Shown here: positions 9,545-19,791 of the stretch, one piece after another
How the letters are laid out: every line of letters begins with the position of its first letter
Numbering within the stretch: the first letter of the stretch is position 1
Virus record (IMG/VR): IMGVR_UViG_2872174743_000006
Coordinates: 1-52,691 of that record
Length of the DNA: 52,691 nucleotides
Reading direction: 5' to 3' (one strand)
Source: a virus
Lineage: Duplodnaviria; Heunggongvirae; Uroviricota; Caudoviricetes
Position numbers and translations under genes: made by a program
Notes under the pieces: model-generated
The model's database searches: none
What the model was told of the DNA's origin: nothing
The model's input: the letters and a program-made list of their open reading frames with translations, nothing else

Positions 9545-10144
9545 TCAGAAACGGTATCCGATACCAACAATAAATGCATCCGTTCGCCAGTCGCCACTAC
9601 CGGAACCTTCATAAGCAAGGTCAACGGCCACGGATTCGGTCGGGTTAAACTGCACGCCAGCCCCCCACGCCAGAGAGGTATTGCTGTGGCGACCGTCATC
9701 ACTTCCGGTCAGCACGTCGTGCGTTTTCCCCTTGTTGTCAGTTACGCGGAGATAATCCCCGGAGAAAGTCGACACACGGCTGTAAGCCACACCCGCCATC
9801 GCATACGCGCTGAACCATTCATTCACGCGTACAGACGGCCCCGCCATCACACTGAACCAGCGGTTACGCACGGAATCTTCATGCCAGCGGGTATCGCTGT
9901 AGCGCGTTTTTTGCTCATCCTCAGCATTGGCATAACTGAAGGACGTAATCAGCCCCAGCGCGTCCGTAAACTCATAACGGTATTTCACGTTAATCCCGTT
10001 CAGATCATCACTACCGGGAACGTTCGTCGAGGCATGGAGATACCCCGCGCTCAGCGTGGACTGATGTTCTGCTGCACTCGCTGGCGTAGCAGCGGCGACC
10101 TGCCAGACTACTGCGGACAAAATAACAGCACATAATTTACGCAT
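9545..10144 (-). CDS. lom: Lom/Ail-family outer membrane protein
   Basis: 199-aa ORF with signal peptide, ending ...FIVGIGYRF, located between J and stf. Confidence 0.85.
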   Translation of the reverse strand: MRKLCAVILSAVVWQVAAATPASAAEHQSTLSAGYLHASTNVPGSDDLNGINVKYRYEFTDALGLITSFSYANAEDEQKTRYSDTRWHEDSVRNRWFSVMAGPSVRVNEWFSAYAMAGVAYSRVSTFSGDYLRVTDNKGKTHDVLTGSDDGRHSNTSLAWGAGVQFNPTESVAVDLAYEGSGSGDWRTDAFIVGIGYRF

Positions 10145-10211
10145 AATTACCTCTCGCTTTTCTGCAATAAAAAAGGCGCCATTTCTGGCGCCCGTATCTG
10201 GGTTATAAAAT

Positions 10212-13200
10212 TCAGCTAATCGTGATGCCTGCAGTGGCTTTCTTCATCACCACAACCAGCAAATCGCTGATACTTGCTGTGGGATACCAGTTATTTACCA
10301 GCCATGCTGACACCGAAAACTCCAGTGTCATGTGACCGTGACCGGCAGGCATATCAATAACACCACTGTAAATCAGCGTATTATCCAGCGCGGTACGGTT
10401 ATAAATTTCAGCACCGTTTTTCCGCACTATCAGACGGCATGAGGAGTAAATATCAGTATGCTCTTTCTCATGTTTAGCGCCGCTGAATGCCACCGCCGGA
10501 ATAACAATCTGCCGGTCAAACGGCTGATCGTCATAAACCCTGACGGTAATGGTTCCTGATGGCCACCGCTCCGGTGCACGGGAGTCCCGGGGGAAAGCTT
10601 TGCCCACTGTTTTAACGAGATCGCCTTCAATCTGGTTCGCGGACAATTTTCCCAGAACCCGACAGTTCTCGTTAATCGTGACGTTGTTGAGCGTCCCGGA
10701 GTTCGCATTCACGTTACCGCTGATATCGGCATTTTTCGCCGTCAGCCGCCCGTCCGGTGTCAGGGAAAATGCCGGAGGATTACCGCCGCTGGTAATGGTG
10801 GGAGCCGTCAGATATTTCAGGAACACTTCATTCATAAATATCTGATCGCCCTGACCAACAAACATCGGCTTTGTGTTGCCATTCGCAGGATTAATCATCG
10901 CAATCCTGTCTGCCGCCAGCAGCACCTGACTCTGCATTCCTGCTGGCGTATTCTCAATACCGGCATCGATACCCGCAATATAAAGGCGTCCGTCCTGCAT
11001 CTGCTGCAGTTTCACGGCCCACATGCTGTTCAGGTTATTATTTGTATCAACCTGAACTTTCTGTATCTGCTGGATTGCCGCACTCTGATTTTCCAGTTTT
11101 TTATTGACGGTCTGCGTGATTTCATTGCTGACATTCGTAATGGACGTCCTGATTTCAGCCAGGTCCGGCGCAAGCTGACCGTTATCAATCTGCGTCCACA
11201 GCTCCTGGGCCAGATGTGTTTTCCCGATTTCTCCTTTGAAGAAATCCAGGTAACCTTCCGCATCATCGCTCGCCCGACCGACAGCCTCCACGAATGCCGA
11301 TTTGCCAACAGTATTCACACTGCGGATATAAAAATAATAATCATGGCCCGGTTTGATATTGATACTGGCAGCTATCCAGTACAGCGCCGAGCCAAGATAG
11401 CGGGCTGCGGTTTCAACCTGCCTGATATCCGCAATCCGCTTTTCCGAGAACCAGAACTCAAACTGTACCGTCGGGTAATAAACGGCAAGATGCGGCGTGG
11501 CGGTTATCTGAAAATAGCCCGGCGTCAGTTCAATGGTGGCGGGTTTTGCTGGCGCGTTAATCCGGAAGGTGGTGGTGGCCGGTTCGCCCTGCTGGCCATA
11601 ACTGTTAATTGCCCTGACTGTCAGGGTGTATTCCCCGAGCGGCAGACCACTGAAACGATGCTCTGTATCCGCAGTGATAGCGGTGGTCACCAGACGGCTG
11701 TCTTCTCCGCTTCCGCTGGTCAGTCGCAGACTGAAGCGCCCCCCCTTCACCACCCGCGGCGTGTCCCATTTCGCCTGTGCCAGATACTGGCCGTCAGCTG
11801 CGCTCACCTCCACCGTCAGGTGCTGCACTGCCGGTGGGATGACGCTGTTCAGGGAGCCTGACTGCGGCTCAAAGCGGGCACCGTTATCCACGATGGCTTC
11901 TTTTTCCGGTACGTGCTGCACCGCCGTGATGGCAAAGGTGCCGTCCGTGTTTTCCCGGACGGAGACACAGCGGAACAGGCGACGGCGCAGTGACGGCAGG
12001 GAGAGTCCCCACACCCCGTATGTCTCCACACCATCAGGCAGGGTACTGACCTGTATCCGGTCCGGCGCGGGGTGTGCGGTGATGTCCACACTCACCGGCT
12101 TACCGCTGCCGTTAATCAGGTTCACCGCCGATGTACCTGTCTCCGGCAGGGTAACCTCACGGTCCAGCGTCAGGGTGCGGGTGGCAGCATCAATGGACAG
12201 GACACGTCCGCCGGTCATAGTCCCGGCATAGTCGTTATCACAGATTTCAATAATGTCACCCGGTGTGTGACGCAGCCCCTGTGACCCGAGCGTGAAGTCC
12301 ACCGTCTGCGTTTCCAGCAGTCCGGTCTTTATCACCCACAGACCTGCACGGTGAGCCTGACCGCGGCAGGTACAGCCAAACGCATCCATCTTCAGCAGGT
12401 TGCGTCCGTAGCGCAGTATGGCTTCCGGGTCTTCCACCAGTTCCGTGGAGGTCTGCCAGCCGTTCTGCGGGTCGGTGTAATTCACCTCCACCGCCGTGTG
12501 CCGGTCCTTCAGGGCACTGAAGCTGTAGCGGAATCCCACGCCGTTATCATCCACCACCACATCGCTGTTGGTGTACGGCCACACCACATCCGACGGGCGG
12601 TCCTGAACGAACGTCAGCGTCTGACCGTTCCATACCGGCATACAGCGCATCGCAGAGCAGAAATCACTGAGAACGTCCCACGCCTTACGCTGTTGTGCCA
12701 GGTACGCATTAAAGGTCATCCGCGGCTCGGTCCCCCCGAAACCATCCGGGACCGTCTGGTCGCAGTACTGCCCGATGGCATACAGCGCCCACTTGTCCAC
12801 ATCCGCCGCCCCCAGACGTTTTCCCATGCCGTAGCGCGGGTGAGTCAGCATGTCCCACAGGCACCAGGCCGGGTTGTTGCTGTATGCCGGTTTCAGACTG
12901 CCGTCCCAGATACCACTGTACGTGCGTTTTTCCGGGTCATAGTTTGACGGCACCTGGATGATGCGACCGCGGATATGGTAGTTCACCGTCATCTGCTGGC
13001 CGCCGAACTGCTCCGCATCCACCTGCAGCCCCACAATGGCCGTGTTCGGGTAGCACTGTTTCACATCGATGATTTCGGTGTATGACGACCACAGCGTCTT
13101 ATTCTGCAGCTGGTCCGTGGTGCTGTCCGCCGTCTCCCTGACCATCCGGATGTTAAAGGGCCGGGGAGGCAGATTATCCAGAATCACCGAGGCCAGGAAC

Positions 13201-13685
13201 TGTGAGGTGGTCTTGCCGTTAATGGTGACGTCCTTTTCCGTCACCCAGCGGCCATTACGCTGTAACTGAATCAGAATCCGGACAGAGGAAGGATTACGGT
13301 CGCCCTTTGACGTGGTCTGCACCAGTGACTGCACCCCGAAGGTAACCCGCAGGCGGTCAATGTTCGCGGACGTAATGGTGCGCGTCACCGGTTTTGCCTT
13401 CGTCACTTCCACGCCCAGTCCGGTTTCAGAGCCGGAGGACTCAAAGCCTTCCGGTGGTGTCTGCTCCTGCTCCCCGGCGCGCCAGACCGCCGTCACACCG
13501 TGTATCACGGGATTGCCGTCCGTGTCCGTCAGTGGGGTTTTGTTCACCAGAATACTCTGCAGTCCCTTCACCGGACCTTCTATCGGTCCCTCACCAATCG
13601 CATCAATCACACTCATCATCTGCGTGGATTTGAGATTATCCTTCGCCTCACGAGGAGTGTGTGCCTTACCGCCACCTTTTCCCAT
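10212..13685 (-). CDS. J: host specificity / central tail fibre protein J
   Basis: 1157-aa ORF collinear with lambda J; follows I. Confidence 0.9.
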   Translation of the reverse strand: MGKGGGKAHTPREAKDNLKSTQMMSVIDAIGEGPIEGPVKGLQSILVNKTPLTDTDGNPVIHGVTAVWRAGEQEQTPPEGFESSGSETGLGVEVTKAKPVTRTITSANIDRLRVTFGVQSLVQTTSKGDRNPSSVRILIQLQRNGRWVTEKDVTINGKTTSQFLASVILDNLPPRPFNIRMVRETADSTTDQLQNKTLWSSYTEIIDVKQCYPNTAIVGLQVDAEQFGGQQMTVNYHIRGRIIQVPSNYDPEKRTYSGIWDGSLKPAYSNNPAWCLWDMLTHPRYGMGKRLGAADVDKWALYAIGQYCDQTVPDGFGGTEPRMTFNAYLAQQRKAWDVLSDFCSAMRCMPVWNGQTLTFVQDRPSDVVWPYTNSDVVVDDNGVGFRYSFSALKDRHTAVEVNYTDPQNGWQTSTELVEDPEAILRYGRNLLKMDAFGCTCRGQAHRAGLWVIKTGLLETQTVDFTLGSQGLRHTPGDIIEICDNDYAGTMTGGRVLSIDAATRTLTLDREVTLPETGTSAVNLINGSGKPVSVDITAHPAPDRIQVSTLPDGVETYGVWGLSLPSLRRRLFRCVSVRENTDGTFAITAVQHVPEKEAIVDNGARFEPQSGSLNSVIPPAVQHLTVEVSAADGQYLAQAKWDTPRVVKGGRFSLRLTSGSGEDSRLVTTAITADTEHRFSGLPLGEYTLTVRAINSYGQQGEPATTTFRINAPAKPATIELTPGYFQITATPHLAVYYPTVQFEFWFSEKRIADIRQVETAARYLGSALYWIAASINIKPGHDYYFYIRSVNTVGKSAFVEAVGRASDDAEGYLDFFKGEIGKTHLAQELWTQIDNGQLAPDLAEIRTSITNVSNEITQTVNKKLENQSAAIQQIQKVQVDTNNNLNSMWAVKLQQMQDGRLYIAGIDAGIENTPAGMQSQVLLAADRIAMINPANGNTKPMFVGQGDQIFMNEVFLKYLTAPTITSGGNPPAFSLTPDGRLTAKNADISGNVNANSGTLNNVTINENCRVLGKLSANQIEGDLVKTVGKAFPRDSRAPERWPSGTITVRVYDDQPFDRQIVIPAVAFSGAKHEKEHTDIYSSCRLIVRKNGAEIYNRTALDNTLIYSGVIDMPAGHGHMTLEFSVSAWLVNNWYPTASISDLLVVVMKKATAGITIS

Positions 13686-13890
13686 ACAGCCTTCCCCTGA
13701 ATAAATTAACCGCCACTTGCCATTCCGTACAGAAGTCGGATATCCTTCGCCCGAAAAGCATGAAACACATTTCTGCCATGCTAAAGAGAAACCCCGGTAT
13801 CAGCAGATACCGGGGTTTTCTTTCATGCCCACCGATAATCCTGTTGGTTAAAACCGGTAATGGCATAAAAATTCTGAATATCTTCACATT

Positions 13891-13918
13891 TTCACACACT
13901 GACTGTGGCGCTTATAAT
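13891..13918 (+). promoter_or_regulatory. sigma70-like promoter (TTCACA, 16 nt, TATAAT)
   Basis: -35 TTCACA at 13891-13896, 16-nt spacer, perfect -10 TATAAT at 13913-13918, in the I-J intergenic region on the strand opposite the late genes. Confidence 0.35.
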
Positions 13919-13924
13919 TTCGCT

Positions 13925-14023
13925 GCGTTAGTGTTTTTTTGCCCGAGTAACAAAAACAACTCCTTAACATTGATCTTCATTTGTCTGTCCCCGCAGCTCC
14001 GCGATCACTGCGGGATTTTTTTA
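13925..14023 (+). ncRNA. candidate small RNA, about 100 nt, antisense to the I-J intergenic region
   Basis: Promoter-like element upstream, no ATG in the interval, ends at a GC-rich hairpin plus T-run. Confidence 0.3.
13989..14023 (+). terminator. rho-independent terminator
   Basis: Stem CCCCGCAG / CTGCGGG with 11-nt loop followed by ATTTTTTTA. Confidence 0.5.
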
Positions 14024-14027
14024 TGTT

Positions 14028-14708
14028 TTATCCCTGTCGCCCGATAACCACGACCTTTCCGCCCCCGCCTTCATCACGGGTGCTGATGTCCTGGGATATA
14101 CGGCGGGAGCCAACCAGCATTTCCCCGTAAGGCACCGGCATCGGGTTCCCCTGGGCAATCATGTTATCCAGCGAGGAAAAGTACGTGTTCTGTCTGCCGT
14201 TATCCGTTGCGCGGTAATCCGGTGTTTTTGCCTTCGGGGCCAGCATCTGGGCCACACCGCCCAGAATCATGCTGGCTCCAAGTGAAAACAGCATCGTGGT
14301 GGCAGAAAAACCACCGGCTGCCAGGGCTGAACCCCATAACGCCATTGATGCCCCGGCAGTGAAGAAAGAGCCCACGATGGCTGCCGCCCCCAACACAATC
14401 TGCAGTCCACCCTTTCCGGCCCCGGCCAGTCGCGGCACAATATGGATGACCGTTCCCTCACCCAGCTGTTCGTGAAGACGGGCGTACACCGCCTCCGGTG
14501 CCGTGTCATAACCGGCAATACGTATCTGGTACCAGCCTTCGTTCATCTGACGGCGAAAGCCCGGCACCTGTAACGACAGCGCCCGGATGGCTTCCGCTGC
14601 CGTGTTCACATACAGGCTGAGGCGGCGGCCAAATCGTTGTAAATCCCCGTGAAGGCAGATGCGTGCCAGTGGCGGTGACGCCAGACAGAATGCGTTCGTC
14701 GTTGCCAT
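14028..14708 (-). CDS. I: tail assembly protein I
   Basis: 226-aa ORF; LQRFGRR, Gly/Ala-rich membrane segment and ...YGEMLVGSR match lambda I; overlaps K. Confidence 0.85.
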   Translation of the reverse strand: MATTNAFCLASPPLARICLHGDLQRFGRRLSLYVNTAAEAIRALSLQVPGFRRQMNEGWYQIRIAGYDTAPEAVYARLHEQLGEGTVIHIVPRLAGAGKGGLQIVLGAAAIVGSFFTAGASMALWGSALAAGGFSATTMLFSLGASMILGGVAQMLAPKAKTPDYRATDNGRQNTYFSSLDNMIAQGNPMPVPYGEMLVGSRRISQDISTRDEGGGGKVVVIGRQG

Positions 14709-15349
14709 TTTTCGGAATACCTCTCCCGTTTACTCAGTTGTTCAGGCAGATGGTGAAGCAGCTCACCGTTGCCGCAGTAAATGGTGGCATGGTTCGGTAC
14801 CGAAGCACCAAAGCAGCACAGCAGAATATCGCCCGGCTGTGCAGAGGACAGGGGCACCCGGTAAAAGCCGGTGACCGCCATATTGTCCAGGTACAGGTTC
14901 TGGCCGTTGCGCCACCAGTCATCCTCGCGATGAAAATCCGGCATATCAATTCCCGCCAGATGGTATGCATCCCGGAACAGCGTGTAACAGTCCGTCACCC
15001 CGTGCTCAAAGCGCCGTCCTGTCAGATGTGGCACACAGCGGAATTTATGAATTTCCCCCCGGCAGACCAGCCACCAGGGCAGTGCGCTTTTTATCTGCAG
15101 CCGCCGGTCAGCCTCGCTCAGCCAGGGCAGCCCACCGGGATGACTGTGGACCAGTGCCACAATCTCCCCCTGCATCTCTGCCCGCAGCCAGTCTTCCGGT
15201 GCGATACGAAAATACGCCTCCGGCTCTGCAGAAATATTCACACAAGGGATATACCACTCCCCCTCCGGCGTGCTTATCACGAAGCCGCACGACTCCGCAG
15301 GCGCACACCGCCGGGCATGCGCCAGAATCGCTGATTCAGTCTGTGTCAT
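14606..15349 (-). CDS. K: tail assembly protein K (JAB/MPN and NlpC/P60-like)
   Basis: Start set at MTQTESAILAHARRCAP (ATG 15347-15349); HSHPGG and CVPHLTGRRFEHGVTDCYTLFRDAYH match lambda K. The upstream extension of the ORF was not used. Confidence 0.85.
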   Translation of the reverse strand: MTQTESAILAHARRCAPAESCGFVISTPEGEWYIPCVNISAEPEAYFRIAPEDWLRAEMQGEIVALVHSHPGGLPWLSEADRRLQIKSALPWWLVCRGEIHKFRCVPHLTGRRFEHGVTDCYTLFRDAYHLAGIDMPDFHREDDWWRNGQNLYLDNMAVTGFYRVPLSSAQPGDILLCCFGASVPNHATIYCGNGELLHHLPEQLSKRERYSEKWQRRTHSVWRHRHWHASAFTGIYNDLAAASACM

Positions 15350-15359
15350 AAACCGGGAT

Positions 15360-16058
15360 TTACTGCGAAAGTTTATTAATGGAAAGGAAACCGCCAAAAT
15401 TGCCGACATTCCTGCGCAGTTCACACCCGCGCATGCACTTGCTGCATCTGTCCTTACGGATATCCGTGGTGGGGTTGTCGAACTCATCCGCCACCGCAGG
15501 ACCGTTATACCCGCATTCATCTCCCCGGTAATCCCACATACAGGTGTTCGCCAGCATGATGCGACCGGGAAACAGCGCCCCATCCGTCTCGGTCGGTGTA
15601 GCCAGCACAAACGAGGCCGTCATGGCTGTCAGCTGCGACATCTGCTCCACCACCCAGCGGTCACTCAGCTCCTGCTCCGGGTCCGCCTCCGGATTGCCCG
15701 CAACGAAATTCACCGCATCCAGAAAACGGGCATACACCCGGCGGCGGACCACCGTGGCCCCCACCAGACTCTGCAGGTCTTCCGCCATCCCGGTGACCAG
15801 ACCGAACAGATTGGACACCGTCAGCGACGGTCTGGCACTGCTGCCCCGACCGTTCATCTCAAAGCCGCTGCCGTCAATCGGGTATGCCTCATACTTACGC
15901 CCCTGCCAGGTGACCGGCTCCCCTTTTTCATTCAGCTCATTACAGAAAAAATACCGCTCACCGCCCTGTACCGTCAGGTCGATTTCCCAGAGTACCACCC
16001 GCGGTGACTGCTCTGATTTAACCGACTCGCTCAGACTTTCTTCGTGAATATCCTGCAT
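15360..16058 (-). CDS. L: minor tail protein L
   Basis: 232-aa ORF collinear with lambda L. Confidence 0.85.
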   Translation of the reverse strand: MQDIHEESLSESVKSEQSPRVVLWEIDLTVQGGERYFFCNELNEKGEPVTWQGRKYEAYPIDGSGFEMNGRGSSARPSLTVSNLFGLVTGMAEDLQSLVGATVVRRRVYARFLDAVNFVAGNPEADPEQELSDRWVVEQMSQLTAMTASFVLATPTETDGALFPGRIMLANTCMWDYRGDECGYNGPAVADEFDNPTTDIRKDRCSKCMRGCELRRNVGNFGGFLSINKLSQ

Positions 16059-16387
16059 CAGTTCACCACCTGCTTAAACTCCGCGCTGAACTCAACGCGC
16101 AACATCCCGACCCGCGCAGACCACCCGGCACAGGTCACCTTTATCTGCCGGTATGCATAGGGTGGCTTCCACAAAAATGCCTTCCAGCCACCGTGCTCTG
16201 CCAGGAACGCTTCCAGATGCCGGGCCTCCTCCCGGGTCACGGAAAGCGTCACCCTGTATGTTTTCAGGTCAGCATTCAGCCCTGCCGCCATACGCTGTGA
16301 GTACCCGTCACCAAAACGCACTTCACGCACCGATGGCTGCGAGTTCACCTCCATATCCGGCTTCACTTTCCAGCGAAAGGTTTTCAT
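16058..16387 (-). CDS. M: minor tail protein M
   Basis: 109-aa ORF at the lambda M position with M-like sequence. Confidence 0.85.
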   Translation of the reverse strand: MKTFRWKVKPDMEVNSQPSVREVRFGDGYSQRMAAGLNADLKTYRVTLSVTREEARHLEAFLAEHGGWKAFLWKPPYAYRQIKVTCAGWSARVGMLRVEFSAEFKQVVN

Positions 16388-18957
16388 CCACCGCTCCCTG
16401 ATAACATACCGCCATCACGCAACTGCAGCCGGAGTTCATCCTGTGCCCCCTTGCGGGCCATCTCATACACCGCTTTCATCAGCTGCGGCCCTGCCCGCCC
16501 GTTGGGGCCGTCGTTCTGAATCACCACGTGATTGTTCTGATTAAAATTAATGCCTTCCGCCCGCCGCATCTGCGCCGGACTTCCGGCACCGCCGACATAA
16601 CCACCTTCCGCATAGCCCCGCATCAGGCGGTACAGATTGCCGACACCAATCCGGCTGGTCGCCTCCTTCGTGAAGACAAACTCCCCGCGATGAACAATCC
16701 CCGCAGGTTCATATTTACCCCCCGTCCCCGTAAATCCCCCGGTCGCGAAATGGAAGTTCGCCGCCGCAGCCTGAATGGCTGTACCGCCTGACGCGGATGC
16801 GCCGCCACCAACAGCCCCGCCAATGGCGCTGCCGATACTCCCGACTATCCCCACCATCGCCTGCTTCAGAAAAATCTCTGTCAGCATGGACAGCACAGAA
16901 CGGGTGAAACCACGCCAGTTCTGTTCGCTGCCGGTCAGCATCGCTGCCATATTCTGTACAATACCGTCAAAGGTCTGCGTGGCCGCGTTTTTAACCTGCG
17001 AAAAACTGTCCGTCGCACTTTCCGCCCACTCGCCCCAGCCGGACTTCATCCCGGCCATCCAGCTTCCACGAAGCTGCTCCTCCGCAGACCAGGTGTTCTT
17101 CAGTGCAGATGTGGCCTTCGCCAGCGCAGCCGGATTATCACCGTACACCTCACGAAGGCGCTGCTCTTCCGACTCCCGCTGCGCCTGACGGTCGGTGAGT
17201 CCGCGTGCTTTTGCGCTGATTGCCGCCTGCTTCGCGCTCTGCTGCTGTTCAAACCGCGCCGCCTGCTGTGCCAGCTCATTCAGCCGTTTCTGGTGTTCAA
17301 TCTTGTCGCCCAGCTCAGCCAGCTGGCGTTTGTACTCCAGCGTTTCTTTCTCATGGGCCAGCAGGGATTTTTCCTGCTCAGATAACTGCCGTTTCGTGGC
17401 GGCCTCTTTCAGGACCACATACTGATTTTCCGCTTCCCATAAATCCCGGCGCTGCTGGCTGATTTTCTCATTCACACCGCTGTGTTTTTCCAGCGTCCTG
17501 AGCTCGGTTTCAAGCGCCAGCATGGCTGCATGCGCCCGGTCTTCCTGGCGCTCACCGGCAGACACCTTCACACCTGACGGCTTTTTCAGCGTCGATTCAT
17601 AATCCTTTTTTGCCGACGCCATCAGCGTGTTGTAATCCGCCTGCAGGATTTTTCCGTCTTTCAGGGCCTTATTCAGCTCTTTCTGACGGGCGGTATATTT
17701 ATCCAGCGGCGTCTGCAGGCGCTCATACGCCTTCTGCGCCTCTCCGGTATACTTCAGCTGTGACGCCTCACGCTCAGCCCGGTCCCTTGCCGCCAGTTCA
17801 CCGGCTTTTTCCATATCCGACTGCAGCGTGGCCGCTGCCAGACCCAGACGGGCATTTTCCCGGTCATCCCATGCCCCCTGAAGGTTCGCACGAAAAGAGG
17901 AGGTCTTTCCCCGGCGCTGGCTCCGGCTCTGGTACCACTGCCATTTTTTATCCGCCTCATCAAATGCCTTCTGCGCACTGGCGAGCATATCCGCTGAGGA
18001 TTCAGGACGACCGATATCCAGAATGGCATCCCACATCGATTTGAATGCCTTCCCTGTTTTATCCGCCCAGGTCTCCAGTGTTCCCATGTTTTCTTTCAGG
18101 CGACGGGTCTGCTCATCAAAGCCTTTCGTGGCGATATCGTTCGCCGCCTGCAATGCCCCGGCCTCGTCTCCGGAACGCTGCAGCTGTGCAACATACGCAA
18201 TCTGCTCTGCCGTCACGTTACGGAACTGGCGCGCCATCGCCATCAGTCCCGACGTCGGGTCAGTGGTCAGCTTCCCGAAGGCTTCAGCGACTTTATCCAC
18301 CTCCACACCGGATGCAGACGCAAAACGCGCGACACTCTGGTTGATGGCATCAAACTGTTCACCACCACGCACACCGGCATTCACCAGGGCTGCCAGTGAC
18401 TCTCTCGCCTGGTTAAACGTCAGCCCTGCTGCCTGCCCGGCTCTTGAGAGAGTCAGCATACGATCGGCAGTCAGTCCGGACTGATTACCGGAAAGAACCA
18501 GGGTTTTATTAAACGCTGAAAGCGTGGAATCTCCCTGGTACCAGGCGTACACCAGCGCACCTGTCGCCACCGCCAGCGAGGTGACTCCGACCATCGGCAG
18601 GGTGATCGCACCGGCGAGCCCCCTGAACATGGGGATCATCCCGCCGAAGGAGTCCTTCACCTGACCGCCCTGTTGCAGCAGGATCAGCCAGGGATTCTGA
18701 CCACCGGCAAGCTGCGTGGCGATATCCGTAAACTGTGCGGGCAGGGTTCGCATGGCCGCTTTATACTGCCCGACGGAAATCCCGGCTTTTTGTGCAGCCA
18801 GCGCCTGGCGGCTCAGGCCCTGTTCAACAGCACTGGCGGTTTTTCTGGCGTCGGTATCCAGACCTGAAAAATGACGCCTTACCCGGCTCATCTGCTCATC
18901 GAAACGGACAGCATCCAGACTCAGGTCAATAACAAGATCACCAACCGGCTGGGACAT
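16384..18957 (-). CDS. H: tail tape measure protein H
   Basis: 857-aa ORF, coiled-coil rich with C-terminal Gly-rich region, at the lambda H position. Confidence 0.85.
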   Translation of the reverse strand: MSQPVGDLVIDLSLDAVRFDEQMSRVRRHFSGLDTDARKTASAVEQGLSRQALAAQKAGISVGQYKAAMRTLPAQFTDIATQLAGGQNPWLILLQQGGQVKDSFGGMIPMFRGLAGAITLPMVGVTSLAVATGALVYAWYQGDSTLSAFNKTLVLSGNQSGLTADRMLTLSRAGQAAGLTFNQARESLAALVNAGVRGGEQFDAINQSVARFASASGVEVDKVAEAFGKLTTDPTSGLMAMARQFRNVTAEQIAYVAQLQRSGDEAGALQAANDIATKGFDEQTRRLKENMGTLETWADKTGKAFKSMWDAILDIGRPESSADMLASAQKAFDEADKKWQWYQSRSQRRGKTSSFRANLQGAWDDRENARLGLAAATLQSDMEKAGELAARDRAEREASQLKYTGEAQKAYERLQTPLDKYTARQKELNKALKDGKILQADYNTLMASAKKDYESTLKKPSGVKVSAGERQEDRAHAAMLALETELRTLEKHSGVNEKISQQRRDLWEAENQYVVLKEAATKRQLSEQEKSLLAHEKETLEYKRQLAELGDKIEHQKRLNELAQQAARFEQQQSAKQAAISAKARGLTDRQAQRESEEQRLREVYGDNPAALAKATSALKNTWSAEEQLRGSWMAGMKSGWGEWAESATDSFSQVKNAATQTFDGIVQNMAAMLTGSEQNWRGFTRSVLSMLTEIFLKQAMVGIVGSIGSAIGGAVGGGASASGGTAIQAAAANFHFATGGFTGTGGKYEPAGIVHRGEFVFTKEATSRIGVGNLYRLMRGYAEGGYVGGAGSPAQMRRAEGINFNQNNHVVIQNDGPNGRAGPQLMKAVYEMARKGAQDELRLQLRDGGMLSGSGG

Positions 18958-19402
18958 ATCTCACACCTCCCGGAATCCCCGCTGAAGCCATCATTAATGC
19001 GGCATCATCCACCATGACATCCGCCACATCCGCAGACGATAAAATATCGCGCCCTCCGTCCCCACCGAACCGGACGCCTCCGGCAAGTCCTGCCGCTTTC
19101 TGCATCAGCATTTTGTCCTCATCCGGCCTCTCCACCTGCTCTTCCTCATGCCGGGGGACAAGCAGACTGAAATCAGAGGGATGCATATCCGGATCGCAAA
19201 AAAACAGGCTGAGTACAGCGTACGTCAGCCCGGAAAAATGCATATCCAGCTGGGTATCCTGAAAATAATGCGTGCGGTAAAAACGGTGCCAGTCGGCATA
19301 TTCGGTGGATGTCATCCCGGCAAGCATGGCGCGCCAGTCGGGTCTCCCCATCTCACGCGCCAGTCTGAGGGCAAAGTTCAGCTCGCCGTCGAAGACTTTC
19401 CC
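18938..19402 (-). CDS. T: tail assembly chaperone T frame (expressed as G-T fusion via -1 frameshift)
   Basis: Open frame downstream of and overlapping the end of G, in the -1 frame relative to G from the slippery site. Confidence 0.7.
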   Translation of the reverse strand, partial: GKVFDGELNFALRLAREMGRPDWRAMLAGMTSTEYADWHRFYRTHYFQDTQLDMHFSGLTYAVLSLFFCDPDMHPSDFSLLVPRHEEEQVERPDEDKMLMQKAAGLAGGVRFGGDGGRDILSSADVADVMVDDAALMMASAGIPGGVRYVPAGW

Positions 19403-19791
19403 GCAGAAAAATCATCATCAGTCAGCGTGTTATTTTTCGCCACTTCAGTAATATCAGTATCCGGACGAACAGCTTCGATCATCCCGGACAGGCACAACAC
19501 CACGTCTTCCGCCCGGGCAATGGCATCGGCAGGCCAGGTGGTGAGCACTTCCTGCTCTATCTTCATCACGGCCTCATTCATTGACGGTGACTGCGTTTTC
19601 TGTGGATGGTTATGCCACAGGGACATCGCCACCAGAAACGCGCCGGTTCTGACGAGATCTTCCACGCTTACCTGCAGGTTGCCGCAGGATTCTGCCTGTT
19701 CTGCACGCCGTTTCAGGAGGGCAAGATGCTCGATACGCTGCAGCGCCCGCTTCAGTAACGGTGACTTCAGCCACTGCGGCGAACTGACCAT
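19378..19791 (-). CDS. G: tail assembly chaperone G (start uncertain)
   Basis: Matches lambda G from [10 protein letters not shown] onward; the first 16 codons are encoded inside the 3' end of V in another frame and do not match lambda G. Confidence 0.65.
   Translation of the reverse strand: MVSSPQWLKSPLLKRALQRIEHLALLKRRAEQAESCGNLQVSVEDLVRTGAFLVAMSLWHNHPQKTQSPSMNEAVMKIEQEVLTTWPADAIARAEDVVLCLSGMIEAVRPDTDITEVAKNNTLTDDDFSAGKSSTAS
19396..19402 (-). promoter_or_regulatory. programmed -1 ribosomal frameshift slippery heptamer G GGA AAG
   Basis: GGGAAAG on the minus strand in the G zero frame (GCG GGA AAG), 5 codons before the G stop; the T frame opens from it. Confidence 0.6.

Noticed and set aside
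10430-13704. Multiple 70-215-codon ORFs overlapping J on either strand
   Set aside because: All are embedded in the well-supported 1157-codon J gene and have no start context or family resemblance.
13661-14047. 128-codon plus-strand ORF across the I-J intergenic insert
   Set aside because: It spans two terminator hairpins and a promoter; the region is better explained as non-coding.
14606-15610. 334-codon ORF extending K upstream into L
   Set aside because: Homology to lambda K begins at the internal Met (15349); the extension overlaps L in another frame.
16528-18867. ORFs antisense to or out of frame within the tape measure gene H
   Set aside because: GC-rich overlap artefacts; H is continuous and collinear with lambda H.
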